In this document: positions 1 to 10,658 of the stretch, one piece after another | Layout: each line of letters begins with the position of its first letter | How positions within the stretch are numbered: the stretch's first letter is position 1 | Source: Gemmatimonadaceae bacterium | GTDB lineage: Bacteria > Gemmatimonadota > Gemmatimonadetes > Gemmatimonadales > Gemmatimonadaceae | Direction: 5' to 3' | DNA length: 64,000 nucleotides | Assembly (NCBI GenBank): GCA_045803545.1 | Contig: JBJMOW010000005.1 | Coordinates: 320,001-384,000 of the forward strand | The notes under the pieces: model-generated | What the model was told of the DNA's origin: nothing | The model's database searches: none | The model's input: the letters and a program-made list of their open reading frames with translations, nothing else | Translations under genes and position numbers: made by a program

Positions 1-1867
1 GAGTCTTGGCGATCTCGTCCGGGCGCGCGAAGGTGATGTTGGTGCGCATGGTGCGATACGCTTCCGACACCGGACTGCGTGGATCGGCGCCGCTGATCAG
101 GCGATCGTTGAGACCGGGACGCAGCGCAGTGGACTTCGACGTCGCAGTGATCGCGTTGGACTTTTTCCGCCACGGCAGTCTCTTTCGCTTCGCACCTTGC
201 AGGCGTGCGCCGTCTTTCGGAATGCGTGGAATCAGTCCGAGGATCGGCACGCCAGTGACAAACTGCACGTCATCCTTGGTGTGAACTGTCTGGTCCATCG
301 ACTCGCGCAGGAACGCGAGACCAACGCTGAACATGAGACCGAGCAGCGCCGCCATCGTCACGACGAGCGGCCGCTTTGGTCGCACCGGTTTGATGGGAAG
401 AATCGCTTCGTCGACGACGCCGACAGATGGATCTTCAGCGGCTTCGGTGATCTCGGTTTCCTTGAGTCGTGTCTGAAGCAGTGTGTAGATGTCCTCGAGG
501 ACTTTCGGCCGGCGCTCGAGGCGAGCGAACTCGACTTCCTTCGCCGGAATTTGTTGCAGCTGTGTCCCGAATTGGGCGAGCGATGCGTCCAGCGCCGCGA
601 CCTGATTGGTCAGGCCCTGCAGGTACGTCTCACCAACTGCTCTGAGCTGTTGCTCGAGCTCCTTAATGCGGGCCGCCAAAGCTACGACGTCAGGATCCTG
701 CGGCGTGCGGCGCACCAGCAATTGCGCGCGCTGGCTCTCGAGATCCGTCAGGGCGGCGAGAGTCTGATTGGTGACCGTGTTCTTGAACAGCGTCGGGAAC
801 GAGAGCAGGCGGCGGTAAGGCGACGGATCATTGGGGTCCGATTTCGCTGCCGTTGCCTGAATTTCCGACAGCAGCTGCGACAGTGCGATACGCTCGGCGT
901 CGAGCGCGCTCCGCTGACCCTGAAGGTCGACCAGCCTGGTGACCTGTGCCTGGCCTTCGGCGGGAAGGTTCACGACCTGCGCGCCCTCGCGGAAGTTCTT
1001 CAGAACGTTTTCTGATTGAGCGAGCTGCTGCGAGATCGTGTCGAGCTGTTCGCGTAGGAAGCGCGCGACGCTGCGGGACTCGGTCTTTTGAATCTCGCGC
1101 CGACGCGCCATGAAGCGAGTCGCCAGTACGTTTGGGACCTGGCCAACGACTTCGGGATCGGTGCCCTCATAACGCGCGACGATCAGGTTTGCGGTTCGCG
1201 ACGGGCGGCTGATTATCAGCGCCCTACTCAAGTTTCGCACCGCGTCCTGTTCCTGAACCACATCAAAGTTGATCGAGGAATACTCGAGTGCCGCGATGTG
1301 CAATGCGAAGGTTACTCCGTCCACGGTGATCGGTTCACCTGGTGCGACTGGTCCCACCGATGCTTGGGTTCTCTGGGTGGCGACGCGGAACCTGCCGCCC
1401 TGGATGCGCACTATGTCGAAGTGTCCGGTCGGCGCCGTGCGATCGACTCGAAGGGTCGAGAAGATGCTGGAGCGCGGAACGCGACTCGGCTCCCTAATGA
1501 CGGCACGAAGGCCCAATGAATCGATCACGTTTTCCGCGAGATTCCGGCTCTTGAGCACTTCCATCTCCGTGACGAGGTCACTGCTCCCGCTGCCGAGGGC
1601 CTGTAGTTCGTCGAGCGCGGGAATCCGCGACTTCTCTTCATCGACCCGAATCGACGTCGAGGCCTCATAGACCGGAGTACTGCGCACGGCCCACGTTGCT
1701 GCGGCGGCGATGAAAAGGAGCGTGCAGATGATGATGAGCCAGCGGTTTCTCATCAGCAGGTGCCATGTATCCTGGAAAGTTCGCTCCTGCCCGGGATATT
1801 GCGGCGGGATCTGCGAGCCGTTGTCAGGGCTGGAAAAGCCACGGTGCAGGTCGATGGCGGTGGTCAT
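1..1867 (-). CDS. wzc: Polysaccharide co-polymerase / tyrosine autokinase (Wzc/GumC family), 3' end runs off the window
   Basis: Not in the ORF track; translated by hand from ATG at 1867 (MTTAIDLHRG...TWHLLMRNRWLIIICTLLFIAAAATWAVRSTPVYEASTSIRV, a Wzz-type N-terminus with TM and PVYEA motif). The window edge reads ...ADPRSPVSEAYRTMRTNITFARPDEIAKT, typical of the start of a BY-kinase domain. Directly downstream of wza. Confidence 0.9.
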   Translation of the reverse strand, partial: MTTAIDLHRGFSSPDNGSQIPPQYPGQERTFQDTWHLLMRNRWLIIICTLLFIAAAATWAVRSTPVYEASTSIRVDEEKSRIPALDELQALGSGSSDLVTEMEVLKSRNLAENVIDSLGLRAVIREPSRVPRSSIFSTLRVDRTAPTGHFDIVRIQGGRFRVATQRTQASVGPVAPGEPITVDGVTFALHIAALEYSSINFDVVQEQDAVRNLSRALIISRPSRTANLIVARYEGTDPEVVGQVPNVLATRFMARRREIQKTESRSVARFLREQLDTISQQLAQSENVLKNFREGAQVVNLPAEGQAQVTRLVDLQGQRSALDAERIALSQLLSEIQATAAKSDPNDPSPYRRLLSFPTLFKNTVTNQTLAALTDLESQRAQLLVRRTPQDPDVVALAARIKELEQQLRAVGETYLQGLTNQVAALDASLAQFGTQLQQIPAKEVEFARLERRPKVLEDIYTLLQTRLKETEITEAAEDPSVGVVDEAILPIKPVRPKRPLVVTMAALLGLMFSVGLAFLRESMDQTVHTKDDVQFVTGVPILGLIPRIPKDGARLQGAKRKRLPWRKKSNAITATSKSTALRPGLNDRLISGADPRSPVSEAYRTMRTNITFARPDEIAKT

Positions 1868-1876
1868 TGTGTGACT

Positions 1877-2599
1877 TTAGTGTCTGAGGAAAAGGGCGAT
1901 GATGAGGCTGGCCGTAACCGACAATCCGGCAGCGACCAGTCCTGAGTTGCGGACGACAAAATTACGTTCGGGCACAAAGAGCTGATCGCCGGATCTAAGT
2001 GGCGTCTCTGCAATGTTGGTTTCCGCTGAAAGAGATTCCGTCACGCGGGTACCATTCCTTACGAGCACGACATGATGCGGATCACCGGCAGGCGTGGCAC
2101 CGCCCGCGAGAGCGAGCGCATCCGCGATCGTCATGGTGGGATCAACAGGATAGAGGCCAGGGCTTTTTACCGCGCCGAGGACATTGATGCGGCGCAGCAT
2201 GGTGACCTCCACTGACGGATTTCGCAGATACTGGGCGTAGCTCTCGAGGAGCTTGGCTTTGAGCGTGGACGCGTTGTAGTCAGAAACTTGGAAGGGTCCG
2301 AGCTTCGGAAACGTGACTGTGCCTGATTCATCGACCGGAAAGTCGCCGGAGAGGTCGGGCTCGCGCCAAATGCGGAGCCGGACAATATCACCGGGCCGAA
2401 GCAGCGCGTGCGCGGAATCCGTTGCAGCAGGTCCTGTTGACAGCGTTTGCGCGATTCCGACGCGGGACGAGATGATGCCCATTAGGAGCCCGAGCATTAA
2501 ACGAGATTTTGCAAAACCGACCATTGCACCTAGACCGTCGAGACTCGTCCATAACGCTGGAAGACCTTCCGGATGAGCTGCATCCGACTGCTTTGGCAT
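1877..2599 (-). CDS. wza: Polysaccharide export protein (Wza/OPX; Poly_export + SLBB)
   Basis: LRPGDIVRLRIWREPDLSGDFPVDESGTVTFPKLG (Poly_export), INVLGAVKSPGLY...LALAGG (SLBB), LRSGDQLFVP and a C-terminal hydrophobic helix. True start may be further downstream. Confidence 0.85.
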   Translation of the reverse strand: MPKQSDAAHPEGLPALWTSLDGLGAMVGFAKSRLMLGLLMGIISSRVGIAQTLSTGPAATDSAHALLRPGDIVRLRIWREPDLSGDFPVDESGTVTFPKLGPFQVSDYNASTLKAKLLESYAQYLRNPSVEVTMLRRINVLGAVKSPGLYPVDPTMTIADALALAGGATPAGDPHHVVLVRNGTRVTESLSAETNIAETPLRSGDQLFVPERNFVVRNSGLVAAGLSVTASLIIALFLRH

Positions 2600-2859
2600 T
2601 TAATAACTTAGAGCCTGGCGGCTTCAGTCACAAATGTGCGTGGTGTGACGAATGTGGATAAACGCGAGCCATAATAGGGCGATACCGCCAACAATACAAG
2701 CAGACGTTTTCTGTTTACTGGTGAGACCGGCCTATGGGCGGTTAATACTTGCTTTGATACGTCCGTAACGCTATCGAGAGGTCCCAGCTCAGCAACTCTC
2801 AAAGTTTTTTTGGCCAAGACAGGCATCCGCGCCTGACCGATGTCCTTTTATTTCGCCGT

Positions 2860-4113
2860 ATGTTCGCCGAAAACTCTGTTCGCGTAGCGGTAATCACATC
2901 TAACTATTGGCCCGAGCGTACCGGAATCGGTCAAGTGACGACCGAGTTCGCCGAGTATCTAGCTAGTCGAGGCGTTGATGTCAGGGTCGCGACGGCGAAG
3001 CCGTACTATCCAGAATGGTCCATCTACCCGGGTTACAGGAGAAACCTCTGGACAACGGAAGTACGTAACGGAGTAACCATTCACCGGGCAGCGCACTACG
3101 CTGCGCCAAACCCAACTACCTTCAGCAGGATCTGGCACGAAATAACGCTATGCTTTTTGACCGTTCCGAACGTTATCCGTGCTCTGCGGAATGTGAAGGC
3201 GGCGTTCGTTGTTTCGCCTGACCTTTCACATGCATTCGTGGGCTGTGTGCTGGCCAGATTGTTGGGTGTTCCCGTCACACTCATAGTACAGGATGTCATG
3301 CCCGACGCTGCAATCGATATGGGCATGCTGACCAACAAGCTGGTGATTGGAGTGTCGCGCCTTCTCGCACACGCGAACTATGCGTTGGCCAACACAATAA
3401 ACACACTCAGCCACGGTATGAAGGAACGAATAGCGCGCGCTATCCCTAATACGGACAAAATCAAAATTGTTCCGAACACGATCGAATCCGGTGAGCTCGC
3501 TCTTGGACCCGATCAGGGCAAAATTTTTCGTGACCGATTTGTGCCGAGCGGCGTTTTCGCCGTCATCCATACGGGGAACATGGGGGAAAAGCAGGATCTC
3601 CCTCTCCTACTGCGCACCGCCAGGCGGTTAATCACTCGCCCCGACATTCATTTCTTTGTGTTCGGCGATGGAGCGGTCAAAGAGGAATTTCTACGCGTTA
3701 AAGAAGCATGGCGTCTTACCAATGTTTCGCACTATCCCCTGCAGGAAAGGTCGCTACTTCCCCATATGCTTTTCGGTGCTGACGCATGCTTAGTGAGCCA
3801 GAGACCCGAAGTAGTAGACGTTGTAGTTCCATCGAAACTGATAACTGCAATGGGCGCTGGTGCGATGATAATCGCGGCGTGTTCACCGAACAGTGAATCA
3901 GCGAAGATCATCGAGGACAGCGGCGGTGGGGTTCACATCGCCGCGAGCGATGACGCGGCGCTGGCATCGGCACTCATTAGACTCGTAAACGGAAACATTG
4001 ACACGGCAGCTACCCGCGGTTTCGCCCGCGCGTATGCGGCACGCCACTTTGACCGTGCAAAGACGTATGGCGCTATAACAGAATTGCTAGTCAAGCGGTC
4101 CGGGCCAAAATGA
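2860..4113 (+). CDS. Glycosyltransferase family 4 (WcaI-like)
   Basis: NYWPERTGIG, KPYYPEW, VQDVMPD, GNMGEKQ and VPSKL motifs typical of WcaI-like GT4. Confidence 0.85.
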   Translation: MFAENSVRVAVITSNYWPERTGIGQVTTEFAEYLASRGVDVRVATAKPYYPEWSIYPGYRRNLWTTEVRNGVTIHRAAHYAAPNPTTFSRIWHEITLCFLTVPNVIRALRNVKAAFVVSPDLSHAFVGCVLARLLGVPVTLIVQDVMPDAAIDMGMLTNKLVIGVSRLLAHANYALANTINTLSHGMKERIARAIPNTDKIKIVPNTIESGELALGPDQGKIFRDRFVPSGVFAVIHTGNMGEKQDLPLLLRTARRLITRPDIHFFVFGDGAVKEEFLRVKEAWRLTNVSHYPLQERSLLPHMLFGADACLVSQRPEVVDVVVPSKLITAMGAGAMIIAACSPNSESAKIIEDSGGGVHIAASDDAALASALIRLVNGNIDTAATRGFARAYAARHFDRAKTYGAITELLVKRSGPK

Positions 4114-4134
4114 CTGTTCTGATGGCTTCCGAGA

Positions 4135-5571
4135 TCAGCGGAGGGAAATCCTATTATGTACCGGTGGGTCACGACTTTCCCTCGCGTGGAACAAGGTCCC
4201 TGGAGCAGCCGGTCTATTTGCTGTCGGCGCCCAACGACGTTCGAGTATCAGTCCCGCGATTAAGGGTACCCAAAACATCGGAGATTCGAGAGGACTTTGG
4301 AAAATTCCAAATAGACCGAGATACAGATAGAGAATGATTAGATAGAGCCGTGAGTCGCGACCATTCGTAACAAATCTCGCATAAGCTCCATTCACCACGA
4401 AGCCAAAAAAGAAGCTGAGGACAGCAACACCGATCCACCGAAAATCCTGAAAAACGGAATACAGGACGGTGTAATATGCGTTGCTGAATATCGGGACGTT
4501 GAGTTTGTCGGAGTACCCGATTTTCACAAAGTCGTTGTGAAGAATTCCGTTGTCGCGCGCGACCGAAGGGAGTTCAACGCCGAGGACATGGAATGCATAC
4601 ACGCAGTAATTGTAGACCCCTCCGATCGAGGCTAACCCGTATGTTACCGCAGAATTGAGATGGGAGGCGCGGTCGATGAGTTCGCTGTCAAGGAGTGCGA
4701 ACCCGGCCGTGTGATACCATACGGCAAAATACCCCAGGGTCTCTGACAGAGTGATATCATGTCGACCCAGACGATAGTAGCTCAGAATTGCGAGTAAGGC
4801 GACCAGAGCACCCAGTGCACCAAAAGAAAGCAGCCGCCTGGTTTTCTTGCTGCGATTAGCTTTGGTGGGATCGCTACCACTGCGATTCGCGCGAAACCGT
4901 GCTGCAAAGATGGACGCGAGAAGAAAGAAATAAAGAGTAGTGCGGCCAAATTTCGCGAACGAGTCGAGCATGACCAATAAAGCAACTAGACCGAATAAGA
5001 CGCGCTCCTTGGTCGGCCGCCGCCAGCCTCGTGCGATCACCCACAGAAGTGCGCCGAAAAGGAGTGGGCTTACAATCGATCCATAGAATATTTCGAAAGC
5101 GGCTGACTGGCCGTAGAGCGTGCTCTTCCCCTGCAGGCCCCCGAGCGCGTCCGCCCGGTAACTAGAAAGGTCTCCAACAACTGCGACCTGAGACGCGCCC
5201 ACCGAAAAGACTTTCAATACAGGAACGGCGATGAGCAGGCAAACGACTAGCCAAAATTTCACGACGCGTTCGGAGGCGACTTGTTCGTCCGAGGGGCTGC
5301 GATCTCGGACATAACCCGGCCGGAAAGAGCCGGAAAAAGCGCCGCCGAGGAAGAAAACTAAAGCAGTGAGAACAAGAGTAACCAAGGTCAAACTGGGTGC
5401 TGGTATTCCAATAAAATCCTCCAACGCGACGACAAGCCAGCCAGACCACCACAAGAAAATTATGACCACTGGACTCGTCCAGACGTTGTAGCGGCGTCGG
5501 CAGGCAGCTGCCGCAGCGAACATTAGGGCAACTATCAACAGCTGAACTAACGACGTAACTGACAGGTACAT
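4135..5571 (-). CDS. wzy: O-antigen/EPS polymerase (Wzy-like polytopic membrane protein)
   Basis: About 10-11 hydrophobic segments, SNAYYTVLYSVFQDFRWIG motif, and context within the EPS locus. Confidence 0.7.
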   Translation of the reverse strand: MYLSVTSLVQLLIVALMFAAAAACRRRYNVWTSPVVIIFLWWSGWLVVALEDFIGIPAPSLTLVTLVLTALVFFLGGAFSGSFRPGYVRDRSPSDEQVASERVVKFWLVVCLLIAVPVLKVFSVGASQVAVVGDLSSYRADALGGLQGKSTLYGQSAAFEIFYGSIVSPLLFGALLWVIARGWRRPTKERVLFGLVALLVMLDSFAKFGRTTLYFFLLASIFAARFRANRSGSDPTKANRSKKTRRLLSFGALGALVALLAILSYYRLGRHDITLSETLGYFAVWYHTAGFALLDSELIDRASHLNSAVTYGLASIGGVYNYCVYAFHVLGVELPSVARDNGILHNDFVKIGYSDKLNVPIFSNAYYTVLYSVFQDFRWIGVAVLSFFFGFVVNGAYARFVTNGRDSRLYLIILYLYLGLFGIFQSPLESPMFWVPLIAGLILERRWAPTANRPAAPGTLFHARESRDPPVHNRISLR

Positions 5572-5824
5572 GGAATTGGGATAGCCGCCGGAACTGACAC
5601 TGTGAAGGGACTGGTAACCCGCTCGATTTGACAGACTTACGTTCAGTCAGCGATTACTATCCACGCTTTATATGTGCGCGCCGATTCAGCTGCGAGCCGG
5701 TCAGTAGCCAATCTGGAGCAATGCCCGCACAAAGTCACGATAAGATGCTGAGGAATCGAGTGCCCGTTACCGCCGGAAATTTTCCCTTCAATGATACACT
5801 AACGTCGAGAATTCGACGTTGGAA

Positions 5825-7180
5825 ATGAACGACCAGTGGGTTCGTTGGCTGCCATCGACGCTTGGCCGGCGCTTGAGTGGACGCCGCGGTCTACAAGCAA
5901 TTGTCGCAAATACCGGCTGGCTCTTTTTCGATACTTTCGTTCGGCTAGGTATCGGCTTCCTCGTCGGAGTGAAGGTGGCGCGTTATCTCGGTCCTGGCCG
6001 ATACGGCACACTTAATTTCGCGTCAGCCTTGGTGGCGCTCTTCGCGTCGGTTGCGTCACTTGGCTTGAACTCCATCCTAGTAAGGGATCTAGTGCGGTAT
6101 CCTGAAAAACGCGATGACCTTATAGGATCCGCATTCAGGTTAAAGCTTATCGGTGGTGTTTCTGCGTTCGTTCTGGGTCAAGTATGTGTATTCGTACTCC
6201 GACCAACGGACACCGTAAGCCAGCTCCTCGTTGCGATAATCGCTTCGAGTTTGATTTTCCAAGCAATGGACGTTGTGGATTCATGGCTCCAGTCGAAGGT
6301 GGAGTCGCGATTTGCAGTTTACGCACGCAACGTCGCTGTTCTCGTCGCCGCCGCTGTCAAAGTTGCGCTCATCATTGGGCGGGCGAGCTTGGTGGCTTTC
6401 GCGTGGGCGACCATGGTAGAGGCTGTTGTGGCGGCCATAGGCTTCGGCGTAGTTGCAAAATTACGCCTTCCTAGTCGCTGGTATCGCAGTGGCACATGGC
6501 CTCTCATGAGAGGGCTTCTGAAAGAAAGCTGGCCTCTTATGTTCTCCGGAATCGCGATAATGCTGTACATGCGGATCGATCAAATCATGTTGGCACAGAT
6601 GATAGGCGCAAGCGAAGTGGGGATTTATTCCGCAGCTCTAAGGATTTCCGAAATCTGGTATGTCATTCCGACAGCGATTGTGATTTCGGTTGCTCCATCG
6701 CTTACCGAGGCGCGTGAGAGATCGCAGCAGTTATATCAAGAGCGTTTTGAACAAGTCGTGCGTAACCTCGCAATCGTCGCCTATGGCGTCGCTCTCCTCG
6801 TGTTTGCAAGTGGCCAAAAAATCGTGGTGCTCTTATATGGCCAGTCATTCGCATCCGCCGGACCAATTCTCACCGTCCACGTCTGGGCTGCCGTTTTCGT
6901 ATTCGTGGGAGTCGCCGGCACCCCGTGGGTATTGAACGAAGGCCTGACAAGAATCGCTTTATATCGAACGGCCCTTGGTGCGCTCATCAACATTCTGCTC
7001 AATGTCGTTCTAATTCCTAAGTACGGAGGATTGGGTGCGGCTACAGCAACTATTATCTCGCAAGCTATTTCAGCCTGGATTTCCAACTTGTTTTTTGGAC
7101 CGGCGAGCCGCCACCTGTTCTATGTACAGACTAGAGCGCTATCGTTGGGCATTCTGAAACCCTCGCGGTGGCAGCGCTGA
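5825..7180 (+). CDS. wzx: Oligosaccharide flippase (Wzx, MOP family)
   Basis: NTGWLFFD...VARYLGPGRYGTLNFA, MRIDQIML...VGIYSAALRISE, LLNVVLIPKYGGLGAATATIISQ. Confidence 0.9.
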   Translation: MNDQWVRWLPSTLGRRLSGRRGLQAIVANTGWLFFDTFVRLGIGFLVGVKVARYLGPGRYGTLNFASALVALFASVASLGLNSILVRDLVRYPEKRDDLIGSAFRLKLIGGVSAFVLGQVCVFVLRPTDTVSQLLVAIIASSLIFQAMDVVDSWLQSKVESRFAVYARNVAVLVAAAVKVALIIGRASLVAFAWATMVEAVVAAIGFGVVAKLRLPSRWYRSGTWPLMRGLLKESWPLMFSGIAIMLYMRIDQIMLAQMIGASEVGIYSAALRISEIWYVIPTAIVISVAPSLTEARERSQQLYQERFEQVVRNLAIVAYGVALLVFASGQKIVVLLYGQSFASAGPILTVHVWAAVFVFVGVAGTPWVLNEGLTRIALYRTALGALINILLNVVLIPKYGGLGAATATIISQAISAWISNLFFGPASRHLFYVQTRALSLGILKPSRWQR

Positions 7181-7199
7181 CTTCGCGTTTCGTCTTGTT

Positions 7200-8003
7200 A
7201 TGATGCCGTTGTCTGAAATGGTCCCTATCACAGTCCTAATAGCTAATAGAAATAACGCACGATTCCTCCGACGTTGTCTCGACAGTGTTAGACGACAGAC
7301 ATTCCCCGCTGGAGAGATCCTGGTTGTCGACGACGCCTCGACAGACGAGTCGCGGGAGCTTTTGCGCACTTATGCTGATGCCGGCACGATCACCTTAATC
7401 GAAAACGAACGGCAACTGGGGGTAGCTGCGAGTCGCGCAATAGGCGCGGCATCCGCTCGGGGACGATTTCTCACAACTCTTGATGCAGATGACTTTTACT
7501 TCACGAGCGAGAAGCTCGCAGCTGAGGCCGCTCTCGTCGACGTGCGTTCGCAGGGTACAATTGCATTCTCCGATGTAATGCGCGTCGATGAGCGCGGGAC
7601 CGAAATTGGCTTGGTATCGAACTCACGGAAAATCCGCGAAGGAAATCTATTCTTCGACATCCGTCACCTAAGAGGGTTTATTCCACGCGACTACCTAGTC
7701 TCTCGAGAGGATTATTTGCGAGCTGGTGGCTATAATAGGGAGTTCAAGATCTACGAAGATTGGGATCTCAAAATTCGGCTCGCGCGCTTTTGCGTTTGGC
7801 GTTTCTCTGGTGTGGTAGGAACGGCCTACACGCTGAATTCAAAAGGGCTCTCGAAGGCCCCGCGACGACAACACATCGAAGCAATGCGACGGGTATTCTG
7901 GGCCAACTGTCCTGCTGAATCTCCCTATGCTCGCCGCCTCGCATTCGCTCGATTTTTTGTCTTTCAGAGTCTGTACATGCGCAGACCAGCTGCCTCCCTA
8001 TGA
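7200..8003 (+). CDS. Glycosyltransferase family 2
   Basis: EILVVDDASTD, LDADD (DxD) and EDWDL motifs. Confidence 0.9.
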   Translation: MMPLSEMVPITVLIANRNNARFLRRCLDSVRRQTFPAGEILVVDDASTDESRELLRTYADAGTITLIENERQLGVAASRAIGAASARGRFLTTLDADDFYFTSEKLAAEAALVDVRSQGTIAFSDVMRVDERGTEIGLVSNSRKIREGNLFFDIRHLRGFIPRDYLVSREDYLRAGGYNREFKIYEDWDLKIRLARFCVWRFSGVVGTAYTLNSKGLSKAPRRQHIEAMRRVFWANCPAESPYARRLAFARFFVFQSLYMRRPAASL

Positions 8004-9286
8004 GCTATGCTGAGGAGGTCAGGGAATGGGATCAGTGGATCGCCGAAACGATTGGCTCGGGTGAGCTCGTCAGTGTAAGTGTACATAGTTCTGATTGCCG
8101 AATTTACCGAAAGGCGTCGAACGTCATTAAGGCTAGGCGCTTAACACCCGCATCTCTCCGCGCTCGGGTCAATTCGCTCGAGGATGAATTCCTCATTCTT
8201 CTTGCGCTCGCTCCGATCCCTGAGGCGCCGAAGCCAGTCAAATATGGGCGGGGCTCAGGCTGGGAGTATTTCGAGATGACAGGCCTTCCGCCGCTTCGAG
8301 TGAGTGATCCGACGTTCGGTTACCCAAAGGAGTCTTTAAAAGACTTTATCGCGGTCGCACTTCTCGTCTTTAGAATGAACTGCCTCGGTTGTTCTCATGG
8401 GGACTTGCACCGGCTGAACGTTGGACGCAACTCCAATGGTACGCTCAGCGTTTTCGATTTTGATCAAGCAGTTACGGGGATTCCTTTGCGGTGTTGGCTC
8501 AGGGATTTTTTTGGCATTGGCGCGTATTCGCGCATGGGCGACATCTCATTGTTTCGACGCGCGGCGGAGGTCGCGTGGATTTCAGTCTTCGTTAAGGGCT
8601 TGCGTGCCATACCCGTTGCACTTACGCGTCCCTTCCGTCGCCCGAGATCAATTGCGGATTCCACCTTGTTACTCGCGAGAGTCAACTTGATGAATTCGCC
8701 GCAATTGGATTCTCTAGCGAATGCTTGGATCCAAGCAGGTGAATCGAAAGCATCATCGCCGGGCACGCTCTCGGCTTACTACTCGCTCGACGTATCCGGA
8801 GTCAACTTTCCGGGTGAGCGGCCGTGGGTGCTCCGCTGGACACATATTCGGCGCTCAGTCGACTTTCGTGGTAAACGGTTTCTCGAGCTCGGTTGTAACC
8901 TCGGTTTGTTGGCCGCACATGCGAAACTCAGTGGCGCAAGCTTTTGCCTCGCCGTAGACATTGATGCCGATATTCTGAGCGCGGCGCGAATTGCAGCGAA
9001 AGCATTGGGAGCCGACGTTCAGTTTAGTCAACAAAACCTTGACTCGTCGAATCAGTGGGAAATGGATTTGAACGGATACGATATCGTCTCAGCTTTGTCG
9101 GTAATGCACTGGCTCAAAGACAAAGAACGCGCCTGGCGCTTTCTGGCAGACCAGAAAGAGGTCCTTTATGAGGGTCACGAATCGGGCGACGAAGCCGTAA
9201 AGCGGTTCCGCACGCTCGGCTTTGCTCACGTGTCGGTCCTTTCGGTGTCTGAACGCGGTCGTTCTCTCATCTATGCAGCGAAATGA
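8000..9286 (+). CDS. Putative kinase-like + class I SAM methyltransferase fusion protein
   Basis: N-terminal half has HGDLHRLN and VFDFD (kinase catalytic loop and DFG-like motif). C-terminal half has FLELGCNLGLLA, AVDID and LSVMHW (class I MTase). ATGA overlap with the upstream GT2. Confidence 0.65.
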   Translation: MSYAEEVREWDQWIAETIGSGELVSVSVHSSDCRIYRKASNVIKARRLTPASLRARVNSLEDEFLILLALAPIPEAPKPVKYGRGSGWEYFEMTGLPPLRVSDPTFGYPKESLKDFIAVALLVFRMNCLGCSHGDLHRLNVGRNSNGTLSVFDFDQAVTGIPLRCWLRDFFGIGAYSRMGDISLFRRAAEVAWISVFVKGLRAIPVALTRPFRRPRSIADSTLLLARVNLMNSPQLDSLANAWIQAGESKASSPGTLSAYYSLDVSGVNFPGERPWVLRWTHIRRSVDFRGKRFLELGCNLGLLAAHAKLSGASFCLAVDIDADILSAARIAAKALGADVQFSQQNLDSSNQWEMDLNGYDIVSALSVMHWLKDKERAWRFLADQKEVLYEGHESGDEAVKRFRTLGFAHVSVLSVSERGRSLIYAAK

Positions 9287-9385
9287 CATATTGTTGAATG
9301 ATGGGTTTTTTTGCCGACCCGAGTGCTTCACTCTGCAAGTCTTCCTAGCATGCGCAAAGCCAGGCGAGGTTGCGGAGCCAGCGAA

Positions 9386-10561
9386 TTAAGAGCCTGAGTC
9401 CAACGAAGGTATGAGGTCATTTAGCGTATCGCTCACCCCGTTTTCGCTAAAACGCTCTCGAATCCAATCGGCTGTTCGTTCGATGAGAAGCCTCTGGTGA
9501 AAGTAGAAGTCACGTGCTTCACAAAGCCGCCGCTTCAAATCCTTTGCTGAGCCGTCGAACCACATCACAGCGCCGAGATTCACACCCGACTGGGGGAGCG
9601 GAGTGGAGATGAGGACTCTCGCGGCCGCAAGGGCCTCGAACACTTTGAAAGGGAAGATCCCGTTCTTCATTGCGGCGATTGGTTTATGCGGGTTCGCGAT
9701 CACATCGCACTTGGTCATTAATCCGATGACTTGCTCCTGCGGCAGTGCATGAAAGAACGACAGACGAGAATTCGATCGTGCGATCCGCGCACATGCATTC
9801 GCGAGCGGGCCAACGCCAGTAATTACCATTCGCCAGTCGTTCGGCAACTCTTCACAAAGCTTTAGTAGTACTTCAACCCCTTTTTCGCTATAAAGCCCTC
9901 CGAAATACCCTAGCGTGTAGGGTGGCTTAGAGAATGGCGGCGTATTCTCTGGCGTGTCCGATAGTTCGGGGGCTAGAATGCCTGGGAGTAGGACGGTTGG
10001 AAGACCTGAAGATCGAATCAACTTGCAAACTTCCTCGTTCACACACGCGGCAAGCGAGGTGATAGGCAGGACTCTTCGCCGAAGGTACCAATCATCAATT
10101 AGAGGCTTAGGATTTAGGCCGCGGCTACGTGCAGTGTGTAAGTCCTCAATCTCCAACACGACCTTACAGCCTGTGCGCTCGTGCAGCTCTGAGGCTAGCA
10201 GCGCGTCAAAGGCGTACCCGTTATAAAGCCATACGAGAAAAGGATTTTCACGAGCCAGCCGCTTTGCAAGTTCCCGTACAGAGAACAGGTTTAGAAACTT
10301 CCCAACTGGGCGAAGGCGAACCGTGAACGGTTCAACGTGAATGATTGGACGACGCGCCCCCAGCGAAAGCCTGCCAACGCGACCACGTCGGAACTCTTGC
10401 CTGTTATGGGCTGAGTTAACAAGCCATATCTGACGCCCGGAGCGGGCAAGCACCCGCACTAAAGCGCTGATCTTATTGGCTCCGCCGAGAAACGGCACAT
10501 CAGAGCTGCCAATCGGACTGAAAGGAGCCAGAAAAAAGATGGGACGTTTGGCTTCTATCAC
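9386..10561 (-). CDS. Glycosyltransferase family 4
   Basis: LGYFGGLYSEKGV and FPFKVFEALAA GT-B signature. Confidence 0.8.
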   Translation of the reverse strand: MIEAKRPIFFLAPFSPIGSSDVPFLGGANKISALVRVLARSGRQIWLVNSAHNRQEFRRGRVGRLSLGARRPIIHVEPFTVRLRPVGKFLNLFSVRELAKRLARENPFLVWLYNGYAFDALLASELHERTGCKVVLEIEDLHTARSRGLNPKPLIDDWYLRRRVLPITSLAACVNEEVCKLIRSSGLPTVLLPGILAPELSDTPENTPPFSKPPYTLGYFGGLYSEKGVEVLLKLCEELPNDWRMVITGVGPLANACARIARSNSRLSFFHALPQEQVIGLMTKCDVIANPHKPIAAMKNGIFPFKVFEALAAARVLISTPLPQSGVNLGAVMWFDGSAKDLKRRLCEARDFYFHQRLLIERTADWIRERFSENGVSDTLNDLIPSLDSGS

Positions 10562-10658
10562 TTCCCGAGTTTCCCTAGGAGCGAGACGGATCGCATGCTA
10601 TACCTTGGTGAATCCCACCAGCAGAACCTGCTGCAGGATGGTTCGCGGCGGGCAGCTC

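Noticed and set aside
197..1670. Plus-strand ORFs of 272, 143 and 133 aa
   Set aside because: Antisense shadows of the wzc frame, which is missing from the track because it runs off the window.
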